This document shows positions 9,482 to 19,975 of a DNA stretch of 64,000 nt, piece by piece (positions within the stretch are counted from its first letter, which is position 1; each line of letters starts with the position of its first letter). This DNA is from an uncultured Acidobacteriota bacterium (GTDB lineage: Bacteria > Acidobacteriota > B3-B38 > Guanabaribacteriales > CAZYAF01), in assembly GCA_964645975.1 (NCBI GenBank), contig CAZYAF010000005.1:98681-162680 (forward strand), in the 5' to 3' direction. The position numbers and the translations under genes were made by a program. The notes beneath the pieces are model-generated. The model searched no databases. It was not told where the DNA came from and worked only from the letters and a program-made list of their open reading frames with translations.

Positions 9482-10339
9482 TTAAGATAATCTTTTAAGC
9501 AAAATGGCAGCTTGTCCTCTTAATGATTCTAAATTAGTCTCCCTGGCATCATGCCTGGGATAAAATTGGAAAGATTCTGCCTTTAACTCCTTCACATTAA
9601 ACTCAATATCTTTTGCTTTCAAAATAAGTTCAATGTCCTCCTTCGGTACTTTTAAGCTGATTTCTCTGGGAAATATAGTTTCTTCTTCAATTCTATAATC
9701 AGAATAATGAGCTCTTAAAATTTCTTGCTGGTTAGTAAGATCGAAAATACGTGTAATAAGGATGCTTTCGACCTTAGGATTAACATAATAGTGAATTTCT
9801 CTATTCAACTCTTTTTGTTGCTGTTTAATTATTATCAAATCATGTTTGCTATCCCATTTAATAGTTTCTTCCTGAGTATCAGTGGAATATAAATACTGAT
9901 TTAGTAAAATATCATTGAGATCTTGAGCTTCAATACGCAAGCCTAAAAGCTTAAAAAAATTCTCGGATGTAGGAGATGCTGTATAATACTGCTTTTCCTT
10001 TAGCAGATAAAAATTTACCTGCTTGTTATTTGAAACCATGAGCGCCTGGGCCACACCAAATGAGCTGGAAAACTCCATCCTAATAAGATTGGGATACTTA
10101 ATAAGAGCTAACTGTTTTAATGTGTACCATTTATTTGATACTTTCATCTTCAGCTTATAGCGTGCAGCAAAGGTAGATATTGTCGGTTTCTTTTCTTCAA
10201 GCTGTGAGATATAAAGCTCTGGATTTCTTTTTGCCAGTTCCCAAACCTCAGGATTAATCTCTGGTGGCAACTTGGAAGCAGCACAAGCAAGTATTAACAT
10301 AGTGAACAGGGTAGAAAAGATTAGCTTAATTTTTTTCAT
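9482..10339 (-). CDS. Lipoprotein, LolA/LolB-like fold (DUF4292-like)
   Basis: Lipobox ILAC; P..IRME....FG pattern and C-terminal Y.DY.....FP..I; occupies the lolB position between a TPR gene and ispE. Confidence 0.6.
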   Translation of the reverse strand: MKKIKLIFSTLFTMLILACAASKLPPEINPEVWELAKRNPELYISQLEEKKPTISTFAARYKLKMKVSNKWYTLKQLALIKYPNLIRMEFSSSFGVAQALMVSNNKQVNFYLLKEKQYYTASPTSENFFKLLGLRIEAQDLNDILLNQYLYSTDTQEETIKWDSKHDLIIIKQQQKELNREIHYYVNPKVESILITRIFDLTNQQEILRAHYSDYRIEEETIFPREISLKVPKEDIELILKAKDIEFNVKELKAESFQFYPRHDARETNLESLRGQAAILLKRLS

Positions 10340-10381
10340 CTTATCCTTTCATAGTTCGATTTTATGTATACTTCTTCTAAG

Positions 10382-12370
10382 CTACTGCTGAATCTTTTGT
10401 GCATTTTCTATTTTTTTCCTAATGAGCTGTTCATTTTCCGGCTTCAGGCCAAGAGCATCTTGCCAATGCTTTATAGCTTCGGATAACTCACCTAAGCGAT
10501 AATAGAGGTCACCAAGATGGTTACGGATCTCGGCTGATCTTGGTTCTTTTTTTGCGGCTAATTCCAAGTATTTTTTTGCATCATTGAGCTTATCGAGCTG
10601 ATAATAAGCCCAGCCAAGACTATCAAGGTATGAACCATTCGTGCTGTCAATCTCCAAAGCCCTTTTTATATAATCTATAGCCTCTATTAGCCTTATCCCC
10701 TTTTCTGCTAACATATAGCCTAAATAGTTAAGAGCTTTATCATGATCCGGATTCTTATTTATTATTTTTTCGAAAACTTCTTCTGCTAAGTCTGATCTAC
10801 CTGTTTTTTCATAGGTTGTACCTAAAGTGAAAGTAAGATCTTCATGTTCGGGAAAAACCTTCAGTGCTGCGAAAAGGGACTCCTCTGCTTTGGAATATTC
10901 CTTTGCATCCATATATATGGTGGCTATACCTAAATAGATTTGCGGAGTAGCATTTCCTTTCTCAATAATCTTGTTTAGTAGTGTTATTCCTTCTTCTATT
11001 TGGCTTCTATCTGCTAAAATCTCGCTCTTTATCATATGTAAGGTGTAATTATGCGGCTCCCGGGCAATTGCCTCATCGCATTTTCTTAAAGCTTCCTCGC
11101 TCTGGCCGGATTCATGGAGACTCATTATTAAAAGGTTGTTGAAATTGGCTGCTAATTGAGGGCTCAATTTTTCAGCACGACGAAGGTTTTCCGCTGCTTT
11201 ATGATATTCCCCTCTTTGAAAATGAATCCAACCTTTGTTTGCCAGAATTATGGAATGTTCTTCATTTCTTACAGCACTCTTCTTCTTATTTATTTCTTCA
11301 ACCAGGATATTATATGTCTCTATGGCCTTTTCATAATCTCGGCTCTCCCCATATACTTTTGCCAGATTATAGCGTGCAACAATATCTTCGGGATGTTTCT
11401 CTAAATGATGTAAAAAGATTTTTTCTGCTTGAGTATATTTTTTTAGTTTTTGATAGGTAAGGGCTAAATAATTCAAGGTTGTAGAATCATCGGGCTTTGC
11501 TTTTTGAACCTTTTTGAATTCAGCTTCAGCTTCCCGCCATTGCGAATTTTCGAAATAAGCCAATCCAAGCTGAGCGCTTATCTCAAGGTCGTTAGGTTTA
11601 AGCTGGAGGTACTGATTGTAAAGTTCTATTATTTTATTATAGTTTTTGAGATATCGATAAACACCTGCCATCAGGTTTATTGCATTGGAATCTGTGGGGT
11701 GCATTTCCTTGAGCTTATTTAGATACTCTAAGGCATCACTAAATTTCCCGAGATTAATATAGTTACGGGCGATGAATTGAAGACCCGCCGGGGAGTGTGG
11801 ATCATATTGTAAATGAAGAAAGAGGTAATCCAAAGATCGTTGATATTCTTTTTTAAAATTATACAATTTGCCCAGGGTTAGATAACTTTGCTCATCATCT
11901 TTTTCCAGGGTTACTACCTGTTCCAGTTCACTTATTGCCTGGTCCGCATAGTGCTCGTCAAAATTGCTGCTTATAAACAGGTGGAAATAAACATTCCCCA
12001 AAAGCCTGTGTGCGGTAGCATTATCTGCATCTATCCCAATGGCCTTTTTACAGTATTCGATGGCTTTTTCATCTTCTCCATTATAATAATAAGCTGAGGC
12101 AATAGCTGTATTAATGTCTGGTTGCTGTGGATCGTGTTCCAATGCCTTCAGATACTCCTTCACTGCCTCCTGATACTTTCCTTGAACTTCAAGGATATGC
12201 CCCAGGGAGAAGTGAAAATACTGTTCCGCCTTATTATTAACTGCAGTCGTAAAAGGCTTTTCATCACTATTGTAAACCTGAACTGCAACGTGAGTACTAG
12301 CAGTAAAGGAATACAACATGAAAAATACGGATAAAGCTAACCAGGATTTTTTAATTTTTTTGATTATCAT
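10382..12370 (-). CDS. Exported tetratricopeptide repeat protein
   Basis: Signal peptide; many TPRs; C-terminal ALNYLGYMLA...YLDSLGWAYY...HLGD, typical of the TPR gene upstream of lolB/ispE. Confidence 0.9.
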   Translation of the reverse strand: MIIKKIKKSWLALSVFFMLYSFTASTHVAVQVYNSDEKPFTTAVNNKAEQYFHFSLGHILEVQGKYQEAVKEYLKALEHDPQQPDINTAIASAYYYNGEDEKAIEYCKKAIGIDADNATAHRLLGNVYFHLFISSNFDEHYADQAISELEQVVTLEKDDEQSYLTLGKLYNFKKEYQRSLDYLFLHLQYDPHSPAGLQFIARNYINLGKFSDALEYLNKLKEMHPTDSNAINLMAGVYRYLKNYNKIIELYNQYLQLKPNDLEISAQLGLAYFENSQWREAEAEFKKVQKAKPDDSTTLNYLALTYQKLKKYTQAEKIFLHHLEKHPEDIVARYNLAKVYGESRDYEKAIETYNILVEEINKKKSAVRNEEHSIILANKGWIHFQRGEYHKAAENLRRAEKLSPQLAANFNNLLIMSLHESGQSEEALRKCDEAIAREPHNYTLHMIKSEILADRSQIEEGITLLNKIIEKGNATPQIYLGIATIYMDAKEYSKAEESLFAALKVFPEHEDLTFTLGTTYEKTGRSDLAEEVFEKIINKNPDHDKALNYLGYMLAEKGIRLIEAIDYIKRALEIDSTNGSYLDSLGWAYYQLDKLNDAKKYLELAAKKEPRSAEIRNHLGDLYYRLGELSEAIKHWQDALGLKPENEQLIRKKIENAQKIQQ

Positions 12371-12537
12371 TTGTAATTCGTTGTTATAGTAACAATTTCT
12401 GTCAAATATCTATCCCCCCTTATTATTATACCACTGCAAAAATATGTCAAAAGAAATTTAATTGACAATTTCATGTAATTTTTTTATTAATACATTACCA
12501 TACGATACTATAATAGCTTAATAATATAATAATTTTT

Positions 12538-12577
12538 TATATTTTTGCTTGACATCTGCAAAAATATAAGATATATT
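12538..12577 (+). promoter_or_regulatory. Sigma70 promoter with overlapping inverted-repeat operator
   Basis: TTGACA (12549-12554)-17 nt-TATATT (12572-12577); perfect 11-bp inverted repeat TATATTTTTGC-N9-GCAAAAATATA (12538-12568) spans the -35 box. Confidence 0.75.
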
Positions 12578-12603
12578 TATATTGAGGAAAAAAGGAGGCT
12601 TTT

Positions 12604-13764
12604 ATGGAAAGGGATGATTTTTATATTAAATTGGGAGAGAAGCTTAAGAAAGCACGAAAAAAGGTGGGTATGACACAGAAAGAAGTGGCAGAGCACGTCG
12701 GTTTTGAAAATTATCAAACTTTATTATCTATCGAAAAAGGAGAACGCCCAATACAAACATGGGAGCTTTTGAAAATAGCAAAAATTTATAATTATGATAT
12801 TAATTATTTTCTATATGATTCTTGGGATATATATGATACTTTAAAATTTGCATGGCGCAAAGCTATTGATTCGCCGCAGTTAAAAATATATGAAAGACAA
12901 TTTATTGATTATTGCCAAAGGTATTTTCTTCTTGAGAAAAAAATTGGCTTGGATAAGATAATTTCGGAATTTACGCCTTTAGATGAAAAAGAAAAGATCG
13001 GATTTAATTATAATCGGGCTAAAGAATTAGCTACCAAATATTGGCAGGATTATAAATTAGGTAATCGTCCAGCTTTAATTCTAAGTAAAATCTTAGAAGA
13101 AGACTTAGGGATAAAGATATTATATTTACCCTTAGATGACTATGGTTCTGGTGTTGCAACTATTGGTGATTTTGGACCTTCAATTCTAATTAATTCTTTA
13201 GAAGTACCTTGGAGACGGAATTTTGATTTAGCACATGAGTTTTTTCATCTTTTAACGTGGAATATATTTGACCCAGAGAAAATACATTGTAGTGATAATA
13301 AAGATGAGAAGAGCATAGAAGATAGTTACGCTGATTGTTTTGCATCTACTTTATTACTACCAAAAGATGCTATAATTGATGAACTTAGAAAAAAAGCTGA
13401 AAATAATACCTTATCTGATGTAGAAAGTATCAATATAGCACAAAAATTTGGTGTTTCTATAGATGCTCTTATATGGCGTTTAGTAAGTTTGGGATTATTA
13501 AGCAGTATTAGTGCAGAAGAAATTTTAGAAAATCCCGAATTACGAGAAAAAAGCAAGCAATTGAGATCATATGAAAAAGGCACAGAACCTAAATTTTCTG
13601 ATCGATATATTTCAATAGCTTTCTCTTGCTATAAAAAAGGTTATATTTCACGAAGAAAATTAGCAGAATATTTTGATATTGAATTGCCTGAATTATCTGA
13701 TTTTTTGGAAGATAAAGGTTATTTTGAAGAAGGTGATTACGAAATTGAAATCAATACTCCTTGA
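12604..13764 (+). CDS. XRE helix-turn-helix / ImmA-IrrE (M78) metallopeptidase fusion
   Basis: N-terminal LKKARKK.GMTQKEVA...IEKGER; RRNFDLAHEFFH (HExxH), E..AD.FA..LLLP, FGVS..AL. Confidence 0.92.
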   Translation: MERDDFYIKLGEKLKKARKKVGMTQKEVAEHVGFENYQTLLSIEKGERPIQTWELLKIAKIYNYDINYFLYDSWDIYDTLKFAWRKAIDSPQLKIYERQFIDYCQRYFLLEKKIGLDKIISEFTPLDEKEKIGFNYNRAKELATKYWQDYKLGNRPALILSKILEEDLGIKILYLPLDDYGSGVATIGDFGPSILINSLEVPWRRNFDLAHEFFHLLTWNIFDPEKIHCSDNKDEKSIEDSYADCFASTLLLPKDAIIDELRKKAENNTLSDVESINIAQKFGVSIDALIWRLVSLGLLSSISAEEILENPELREKSKQLRSYEKGTEPKFSDRYISIAFSCYKKGYISRRKLAEYFDIELPELSDFLEDKGYFEEGDYEIEINTP

Positions 13765-14309
13765 TGCAAATGTAGTAATTGAACTTCACAGTTTTGAGAT
13801 TTGGTATAAATTTATTTCAGTTAATAAAGTTCATGTACCATCTTCAATAGTTAGAGATCGTAGAGGTATAAATGAACCCGGTGAAGCTCATTGTGCTTTT
13901 CCAAAAAAAGGAGAATGAGTAGATTATGATTTAAGGAGTGATGTATCCCAAGGAAAAATAATTGAAGTCCAGTGTGATGCTTATGACACTAAAAGAGTTC
14001 AAGATAAATTAGATTCTATTAATGGGCCAACTATACATACAGGAGAATTAGAAGCAATAGCATTTTTATTAAGGGAAGAAAGGGACGATATAAAATTTTG
14101 TACGACAGATAAGCCTGCTATAAGATCATTTTGGTTTTTAAAGATGGAAAAAAAATTTAATTTCCTTGGAAACAGCTCTTAAGAAATGCGGTTTATATAG
14201 AGAATTAAAGGATCAATTTTCCGAAAAACGTTTTAAATCGTGGATGAGAGAAGCGGAGATTGAAAGGATCCACCACTTTAATTTATCGGATGACGATAAA
14301 AAAGACTAA
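13733..14309 (+). pseudogene. PIN-domain protein disrupted by a nonsense codon and a frameshift
   Basis: ILLDANVVIE..., in-frame TGA 13916-13918, then VDYDL...IHTGELEAIAFL...FCTTDKPAI; frame change near the A8 run 14148-14155 to LISLETALKKCG...FSEKRFKSW...DDDKKD* (TAA 14307-14309); overlaps the end of the XRE-ImmA gene. Confidence 0.75.
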
Positions 14310-14480
14310 TAATCGGATTACGAAAAAAGTAAGTCCCAAAAATCCTCAATTCAAATCCTCTATAATTAGCCTTTAAGTAATAAATTTGAACTTGCAATTA
14401 TGCAAGACAATAATTTAAAATGAATTTAGGCAGGAATACATTCTTCTGTTTATGATTTTTTTGCAATAGGAAAAATACGT

Positions 14481-17171
14481 ATGAGCAAGAGAGCTTTTTT
14501 AATAGATGGGTCTGCGCTGGCATATCGCTCATATTTCGCTTTCATTCGGCAGCCCTTATTAACCTCTCGAGGAGAAAATATTAGTGCTGCTTTTGGCTTT
14601 ACCAATACTTTGCTCCGCATTCTTCAGCAGGAAAACCCGGATTATCTGGCGGTAGCCTTCGATTCCGGCAAGCCGACATTTCGTCATCAAATCTATCCTC
14701 TATATAAAGCCACCAGGCAAAAGATGCCTGTCGAGATGAAGCAACAGCTCCCCCGCATCTACCAGATATTGGAGACATTCAAAATAAAGAAGTTTGAAAT
14801 AGAGGATTACGAAGCCGATGATGTCATTGGCTCACTGGCTAACCAGCTTGCCTCCCGCGGGATAGACACCTTCATCGTTACCGGGGATAAAGATTTTATG
14901 CAATTAGTACACGATAAGCTGAAAATATATGATTTAAAGGCAAGCAGCAAGGATAATGCAATCATTAATGAAAAAGATGTGGAGAAAAAATATGGTATCC
15001 CGCCGAACAAATTAGTGGATTTATTTGCCCTGATGGGTGATAAATCTGATAACATCCCCGGAGCTCGTGGTATAGGTGAGAAAACAGCTTTAAAACTTAT
15101 GCATCAGTTTGGCAGTTTAGATGAATTGCTGAACAATATAGATAAAGTGAAACCGGAACGAATAAAAAAAATAGTGCAGGAAAATACCGAGCAGATAGAG
15201 CTTTCTCGTCAGTTGGTGACTATTAATAAAGACATAGCTTTAGACGTCGAAAATGAATCACTAACGGTCGAATCATATGACAGGGAAGAAGTAATTCAGC
15301 TTTTCGTAGAACTCGAATTTGCCAAAATGTTAGAGCAGTTCATATCCGATGAAAAAAGCGATAAACACCACTATCACACAGTTAAATCATTGCAAGAATT
15401 AGATACCTTAATCAACACATTAAGAAAACAAAAGGGATTTGTTATTGACTTGGAGACAACTTCAATAAGTCCCATGAGAGCAGATATTGTGGGCATCTCA
15501 TTTTCTTTCAAAGAAAGAGAGGCTTTCTATATACCAATGGAGCTCGATGGAAGTGATTTAAACCCGGAAGAAGTTCTGAAACGATTGGGGCCCATATTAA
15601 CTAATGAGAAGATAAAAAAGTGGGGGCAGAATATCAAATATGACTTACTGGTGCTGAAAAGGAATGGAATTGAACTAAAGGGAATTGAGTTTGATACCAT
15701 GATAGCTTCTTACGTCCTTAATCCCTCACAGAGACAGCATAATCTCGATGCTCTCAGTCTGCAATATCTCAATTATAAAAAGATACCAACCTCAGATTTA
15801 ATAGGAAAAGGACGTAAACAGATAAGCATGAAAGAGGTGCCGCTGCAAAAAATATCTGCCTATGCATGCGAGGATGCTGATATCACCCTAAGGATAAAAA
15901 ATGTCTTAGAACCTCGGTTGACAGAAGCAAAGATTACTAAGCTGTTTGAAGATGTAGAAATACCTCTTATCCATGTCCTGGCAGAGATGGAGATGAATGG
16001 TGTTTACATTAATAAACAGATGTTGAAGCAGATGTCCCGGAGCTTAGAGAGTGAATTGATAGAGCTTGAAGAAAATATTTACACCTTAGCAGGGGAAAAG
16101 TTTAATATAAACTCACCCCAGCAGTTAGGAAACATCCTTTTTGAAAAATTAAGAATCCAGGATGCCATAGGAGTTAAAAAAGTAAAGAAGAGCAAGACGG
16201 GTTACTCCACCAATATAGCTGTGCTGGAATCTTATTCCTTTCATCCTATTATTCAGAATATCCTTCAATATCGGCAATTAACCAAGCTCAAATCAACCTA
16301 TGTGGACGCACTGCCAAAGCTCATAAATCCCCTTACTGGAAGAGTACATACCTCTTTCAATCAGACAGTCACAGCCACCGGAAGGTTAAGCTCCAGCGAC
16401 CCTAATCTACAAAATATACCAATTAAGTCGGAATTAGGCAGACAGATTCGCAAAGCATTTATCCCCTCGGAAGCTGGCTATAAAATACTATCTGCCGACT
16501 ACTCACAAATAGAACTTCGAATAGTTGCTCATATATCTGGCGATAAAACACTTATAGATTCTTTCCTGAGAGGAGAGGATATTCACCGGCGGACTGCATC
16601 TCTGATTCTGGAGGTTCCTCCGGAGAAAGTAACAAGAGAAATGCGGTCTCAGGCCAAGTCTATAAATTTCGGCATTATCTATGGAATGGGACCATTCAGG
16701 CTTGCCTCGGAGACAGGAATAACCATGACAGAAGCAAAGAAATTCATCGCGGCATACTTTGAAAAATATCCTAAAGTCTATGAATATATAAATAACACCA
16801 TAGAAAAAGCTAAGCTTCAGGGATATGTGACCACTATTTTGAATAGACGGCGATTGCTGCCGGAGATAAATTCAGAATATAATCAAGTACGCTCCAATGC
16901 AGAGAACATAGCAATAAATACGCCAATTCAGGGTTCTGCGGCTGACCTCATAAAAGTTGCCATGTTAAGGATTGCTGAGGAAATTCGAGAAAAAGGGCTT
17001 CGCACTAAAATGATACTTCAGGTACATGATGAACTGGTTTTCGAAATACCAGAAGGTGAATTAGAGGAGAGCACAGAACTGATTAAAAAGAACATGGAAG
17101 GTGTCTACCGCATGGTGGTGCCCATAAAGGTAGATGTAGGCATTGGGAGCAATTGGCTGGAAGCTCATTGA
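14481..17171 (+). CDS. polA: DNA polymerase I
   Basis: 5'-3' exo (LIDGS, EADD, GDKD), 3'-5' exo (DLETT), TGRLSSSDPNLQNIP, DYSQIELR, QVHDEL. Confidence 0.99.
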   Translation: MSKRAFLIDGSALAYRSYFAFIRQPLLTSRGENISAAFGFTNTLLRILQQENPDYLAVAFDSGKPTFRHQIYPLYKATRQKMPVEMKQQLPRIYQILETFKIKKFEIEDYEADDVIGSLANQLASRGIDTFIVTGDKDFMQLVHDKLKIYDLKASSKDNAIINEKDVEKKYGIPPNKLVDLFALMGDKSDNIPGARGIGEKTALKLMHQFGSLDELLNNIDKVKPERIKKIVQENTEQIELSRQLVTINKDIALDVENESLTVESYDREEVIQLFVELEFAKMLEQFISDEKSDKHHYHTVKSLQELDTLINTLRKQKGFVIDLETTSISPMRADIVGISFSFKEREAFYIPMELDGSDLNPEEVLKRLGPILTNEKIKKWGQNIKYDLLVLKRNGIELKGIEFDTMIASYVLNPSQRQHNLDALSLQYLNYKKIPTSDLIGKGRKQISMKEVPLQKISAYACEDADITLRIKNVLEPRLTEAKITKLFEDVEIPLIHVLAEMEMNGVYINKQMLKQMSRSLESELIELEENIYTLAGEKFNINSPQQLGNILFEKLRIQDAIGVKKVKKSKTGYSTNIAVLESYSFHPIIQNILQYRQLTKLKSTYVDALPKLINPLTGRVHTSFNQTVTATGRLSSSDPNLQNIPIKSELGRQIRKAFIPSEAGYKILSADYSQIELRIVAHISGDKTLIDSFLRGEDIHRRTASLILEVPPEKVTREMRSQAKSINFGIIYGMGPFRLASETGITMTEAKKFIAAYFEKYPKVYEYINNTIEKAKLQGYVTTILNRRRLLPEINSEYNQVRSNAENIAINTPIQGSAADLIKVAMLRIAEEIREKGLRTKMILQVHDELVFEIPEGELEESTELIKKNMEGVYRMVVPIKVDVGIGSNWLEAH

Positions 17172-17291
17172 TTTTTAGCTATAAAAAAGAGATGTCATAC
17201 TATATAATAGCTTAAGTTTTAATATAAACGAACCTAATTATTGTTAAAGTTTCTTAAACATTAAAACCACTATTTCAAAAGGGGTTCAAAG

Positions 17292-18188
17292 ATGCTGAGA
17301 TTTAAAAAGATACTTTTTCCTACAGATTTTTCACCGTGCGCAAACCATGCGTTGAAATACTCTCTGCTTTTAGCTGAAAAGTATCAAGCAGAACTCATAT
17401 TATTCCACGCCATTATTATGTTCATGGATGATCCCAATAATCCCGATTACCGCTTTCCCGATTTAACTGAAACATATAACCAGATAGAGAACGTGTGCAA
17501 CCAATGCTTCCAGGAAGTAATGGATGGAGACCACGAAGTTAAAACTGATAAGGTCATTGTCAGAGGTATCTCACCTCCGGACGAAATCTTAAGATATGCC
17601 GAGGAGAATGATATAAGCCTCATCGTAATGGGCACCTGTGGCAGATCAGCGCTCGGCCGTTTCTTTTTTGGCAGCACAGCAGAAAAAGTAGTCCGCCATT
17701 CTCACTGTCCAGTGCTTACCGTATTGGAAGAACCGACGGAATTTATTAAAATGGGAAAATATGATAAGATTCTATTGCCAACTGACTATTCCGATACTTC
17801 GAAGAAAGCAATTCCCTGGGCGGTATCATTAGCAGAAAACCATGATGCTGAGTTAATTCTTTTCCATGCTATTGAGGAGAATATACCGCCGCAATATTAT
17901 GCTGCAGGAATAACATCCATTTTCGAGCTGGACAGAGAGCTTAAGAAAAGAGCAAGCAAGGCATTAGACATTTTCATGGAAGAGATTAAAGGTAAAAAAT
18001 TAAAGACAAAAAAGGTTGTGGTAGAGGGTAAATCTGATGAAGAGATAGTGAAATACGCCAAAGAAAACAATATTGATTTGGTAGTTTTAGCTTCTCATGG
18101 CCACAGCGGCATAGAAAGGGTATTGTTAGGTAGTACAACAGAAAGGGTTATTCGAAAAGCTCCTTGTCCAGTTTTAACTATAAAATAA
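17292..18188 (+). CDS. Tandem-domain universal stress protein
   Basis: Two Usp domains: KILFPTDFS...LIVMG..G.......GSTAEKVVR...CPVL and KILLPTDYS...GSTTERVIR.APCPVL. Confidence 0.93.
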   Translation: MLRFKKILFPTDFSPCANHALKYSLLLAEKYQAELILFHAIIMFMDDPNNPDYRFPDLTETYNQIENVCNQCFQEVMDGDHEVKTDKVIVRGISPPDEILRYAEENDISLIVMGTCGRSALGRFFFGSTAEKVVRHSHCPVLTVLEEPTEFIKMGKYDKILLPTDYSDTSKKAIPWAVSLAENHDAELILFHAIEENIPPQYYAAGITSIFELDRELKKRASKALDIFMEEIKGKKLKTKKVVVEGKSDEEIVKYAKENNIDLVVLASHGHSGIERVLLGSTTERVIRKAPCPVLTIK

Positions 18189-18292
18189 AAGTTTTATTAC
18201 ATTTTAATTGATCAGCCACATAAACATAAGAAGACGAGTACGGTCCTCTAATGTAATCTTTATTTATCGTATTAAGAGCAGATACATTTAAT

Positions 18293-18613
18293 ATGTTAAA
18301 GGAGAGCAAAAAAGAATTACTTTGCACGCAAAAGGACAATGGAATAGTTATTAGCGTTTATGTCCAGCCTCGCGCAAGCCGATCAAAATTGGTGGGAATT
18401 ATAGAAGGAAGCCTAAAGATTGCCCTCACTGCACCGCCACTGGAAGGAAAGGCAAATGAGCAGCTCATTTCGCTACTATCTAAAAAGCTCGACACTAAAA
18501 AGACAGCTATTACATTATTGAGAGGAGAAAAAGCTCGGAACAAACAGGTCAAAATCGAAGGCTTAACCTGCAATGATTTACAGAATAAATTGAACATTTA
18601 TTTACATGAATAA
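18293..18613 (+). CDS. DUF167 (YggU/UPF0235) family protein
   Basis: VQPRASR, LKIALTAPP.EGKANEQLI, GEKARNK. Confidence 0.9.
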   Translation: MLKESKKELLCTQKDNGIVISVYVQPRASRSKLVGIIEGSLKIALTAPPLEGKANEQLISLLSKKLDTKKTAITLLRGEKARNKQVKIEGLTCNDLQNKLNIYLHE

Positions 18614-18645
18614 CATTAATAAATACAAAACCTTAAAGGAGGCAC

Positions 18646-19908
18646 ATGGATAAAATAAAAGCAGACTTAGTAATAGAAAAAGCCTCCCAGTTAATAACAT
18701 GCCAAGGCCCCGCACCAAAGGTGAGAGGAGCACTCTCTCAACTGGGGATAATAGATGATGGATGGTTAGCATGCTATAAAGACAAGATAGTCTTTATCGG
18801 TAATGAGAAGCAATTTGGTGAAATGGTTTCACCTTCAGAAGATTGTCGGGAGATAGATGCATCTGGTCGTATCGTGTTACCCGGCTGGATTGACCCGCAT
18901 ACTCATCTCATCTTCGCAGGTACGCGACATGAGGAGTTCGCTCAGAGGCTTAGAGGAGCCTCGTATCTTGAAATTGCCGCATCTGGTGGTGGAATAATGA
19001 GTACAGTTAAGAGCACGCGCAGAGCCAGCAACGCTGAGCTGGAGCGCATGGGGCTTTTACGATTGAATTCTATGCTACAGAGCGGAATTACTACCTGTGA
19101 AGTTAAAAGCGGTTACGGGCTTACGCTTGAAGACGAGATGAAAATGTTGGAAGTGGCAGCTATTCTCCAGGAAATGCAACCCATTGATCTCATCCCTACT
19201 TTTCTTGGTGCACACACAGTACCGGAAGAATACAAGGAACGAAGAAGAGAATATATCGACTTGATAATTGAAGAAATGCTTCCTCCAATAAAAAAGAAGC
19301 AGCTTGCAGAGTTTGCGGATGTTTTTTGTGAAAAAAGTGCTTTTACCGTGGATGAATCGCGAGAAATACTTACTTCTGCTGCCAATTTAGGATTTAAGCT
19401 CAAAATACATGCGGAACAGCTCTCCTATCAAGGAGGAGCAGAGCTTGCAGCGGAACTGGTAGCAGTTTCTGCGAGCCATCTTGATTTCATATCACCCAAT
19501 GGTATTACCACCATGGCAGAGAAAAAAATTGCAGCTGAAGTAATGCCAGCAGCAAACTTCTTTATGATGAGCCAAAAATATCCGCCCGTTCGTGAAATGA
19601 TCGATGCTGGTGTTCCCATTGCTTTAACCACTAATTTTAATCCGGGCTCGGCCATGAATGAATCAACCACCATAACAATGGCTTTAGCCGCTTTCCTTTT
19701 GAAAATGTTACCTGAAGAAGTTATCAATGCAGTTACTATTAATGCAGCCTACGCCATAGACCATCACCAAGAGATTGGCAGTTTAGAGGTTGGAAAACAA
19801 GCAGATATAGTGATTCATAATTGCTCACATTATCTTTACCTTTTTTATCACTGGGGTATCAATCATGCAATGAAAGTAATTAAAAAGGGGAAGGAAGTTA
19901 TTATTTAG
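18646..19908 (+). CDS. hutI: Imidazolonepropionase
   Basis: DPHTHLIFAG.R..EF, GGGIMSTV, EVKSGYGL, FLGAH, DVFCE, IHAEQL, FNPGS. Confidence 0.93.
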   Translation: MDKIKADLVIEKASQLITCQGPAPKVRGALSQLGIIDDGWLACYKDKIVFIGNEKQFGEMVSPSEDCREIDASGRIVLPGWIDPHTHLIFAGTRHEEFAQRLRGASYLEIAASGGGIMSTVKSTRRASNAELERMGLLRLNSMLQSGITTCEVKSGYGLTLEDEMKMLEVAAILQEMQPIDLIPTFLGAHTVPEEYKERRREYIDLIIEEMLPPIKKKQLAEFADVFCEKSAFTVDESREILTSAANLGFKLKIHAEQLSYQGGAELAAELVAVSASHLDFISPNGITTMAEKKIAAEVMPAANFFMMSQKYPPVREMIDAGVPIALTTNFNPGSAMNESTTITMALAAFLLKMLPEEVINAVTINAAYAIDHHQEIGSLEVGKQADIVIHNCSHYLYLFYHWGINHAMKVIKKGKEVII

Positions 19909-19975
19909 TTTTATAATGAGCTTGAATCTGTAATATGAGAATTGCAATACCTAATTTATTTTAAAGGAGTGAGAT

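Noticed and set aside
13916-13918. In-frame TGA in the PIN gene as selenocysteine or genetic-code reassignment
   Set aside because: TGA ends normal genes here (polA, gap, pth), the position is not a Cys-type site, and the gene also has a frameshift.
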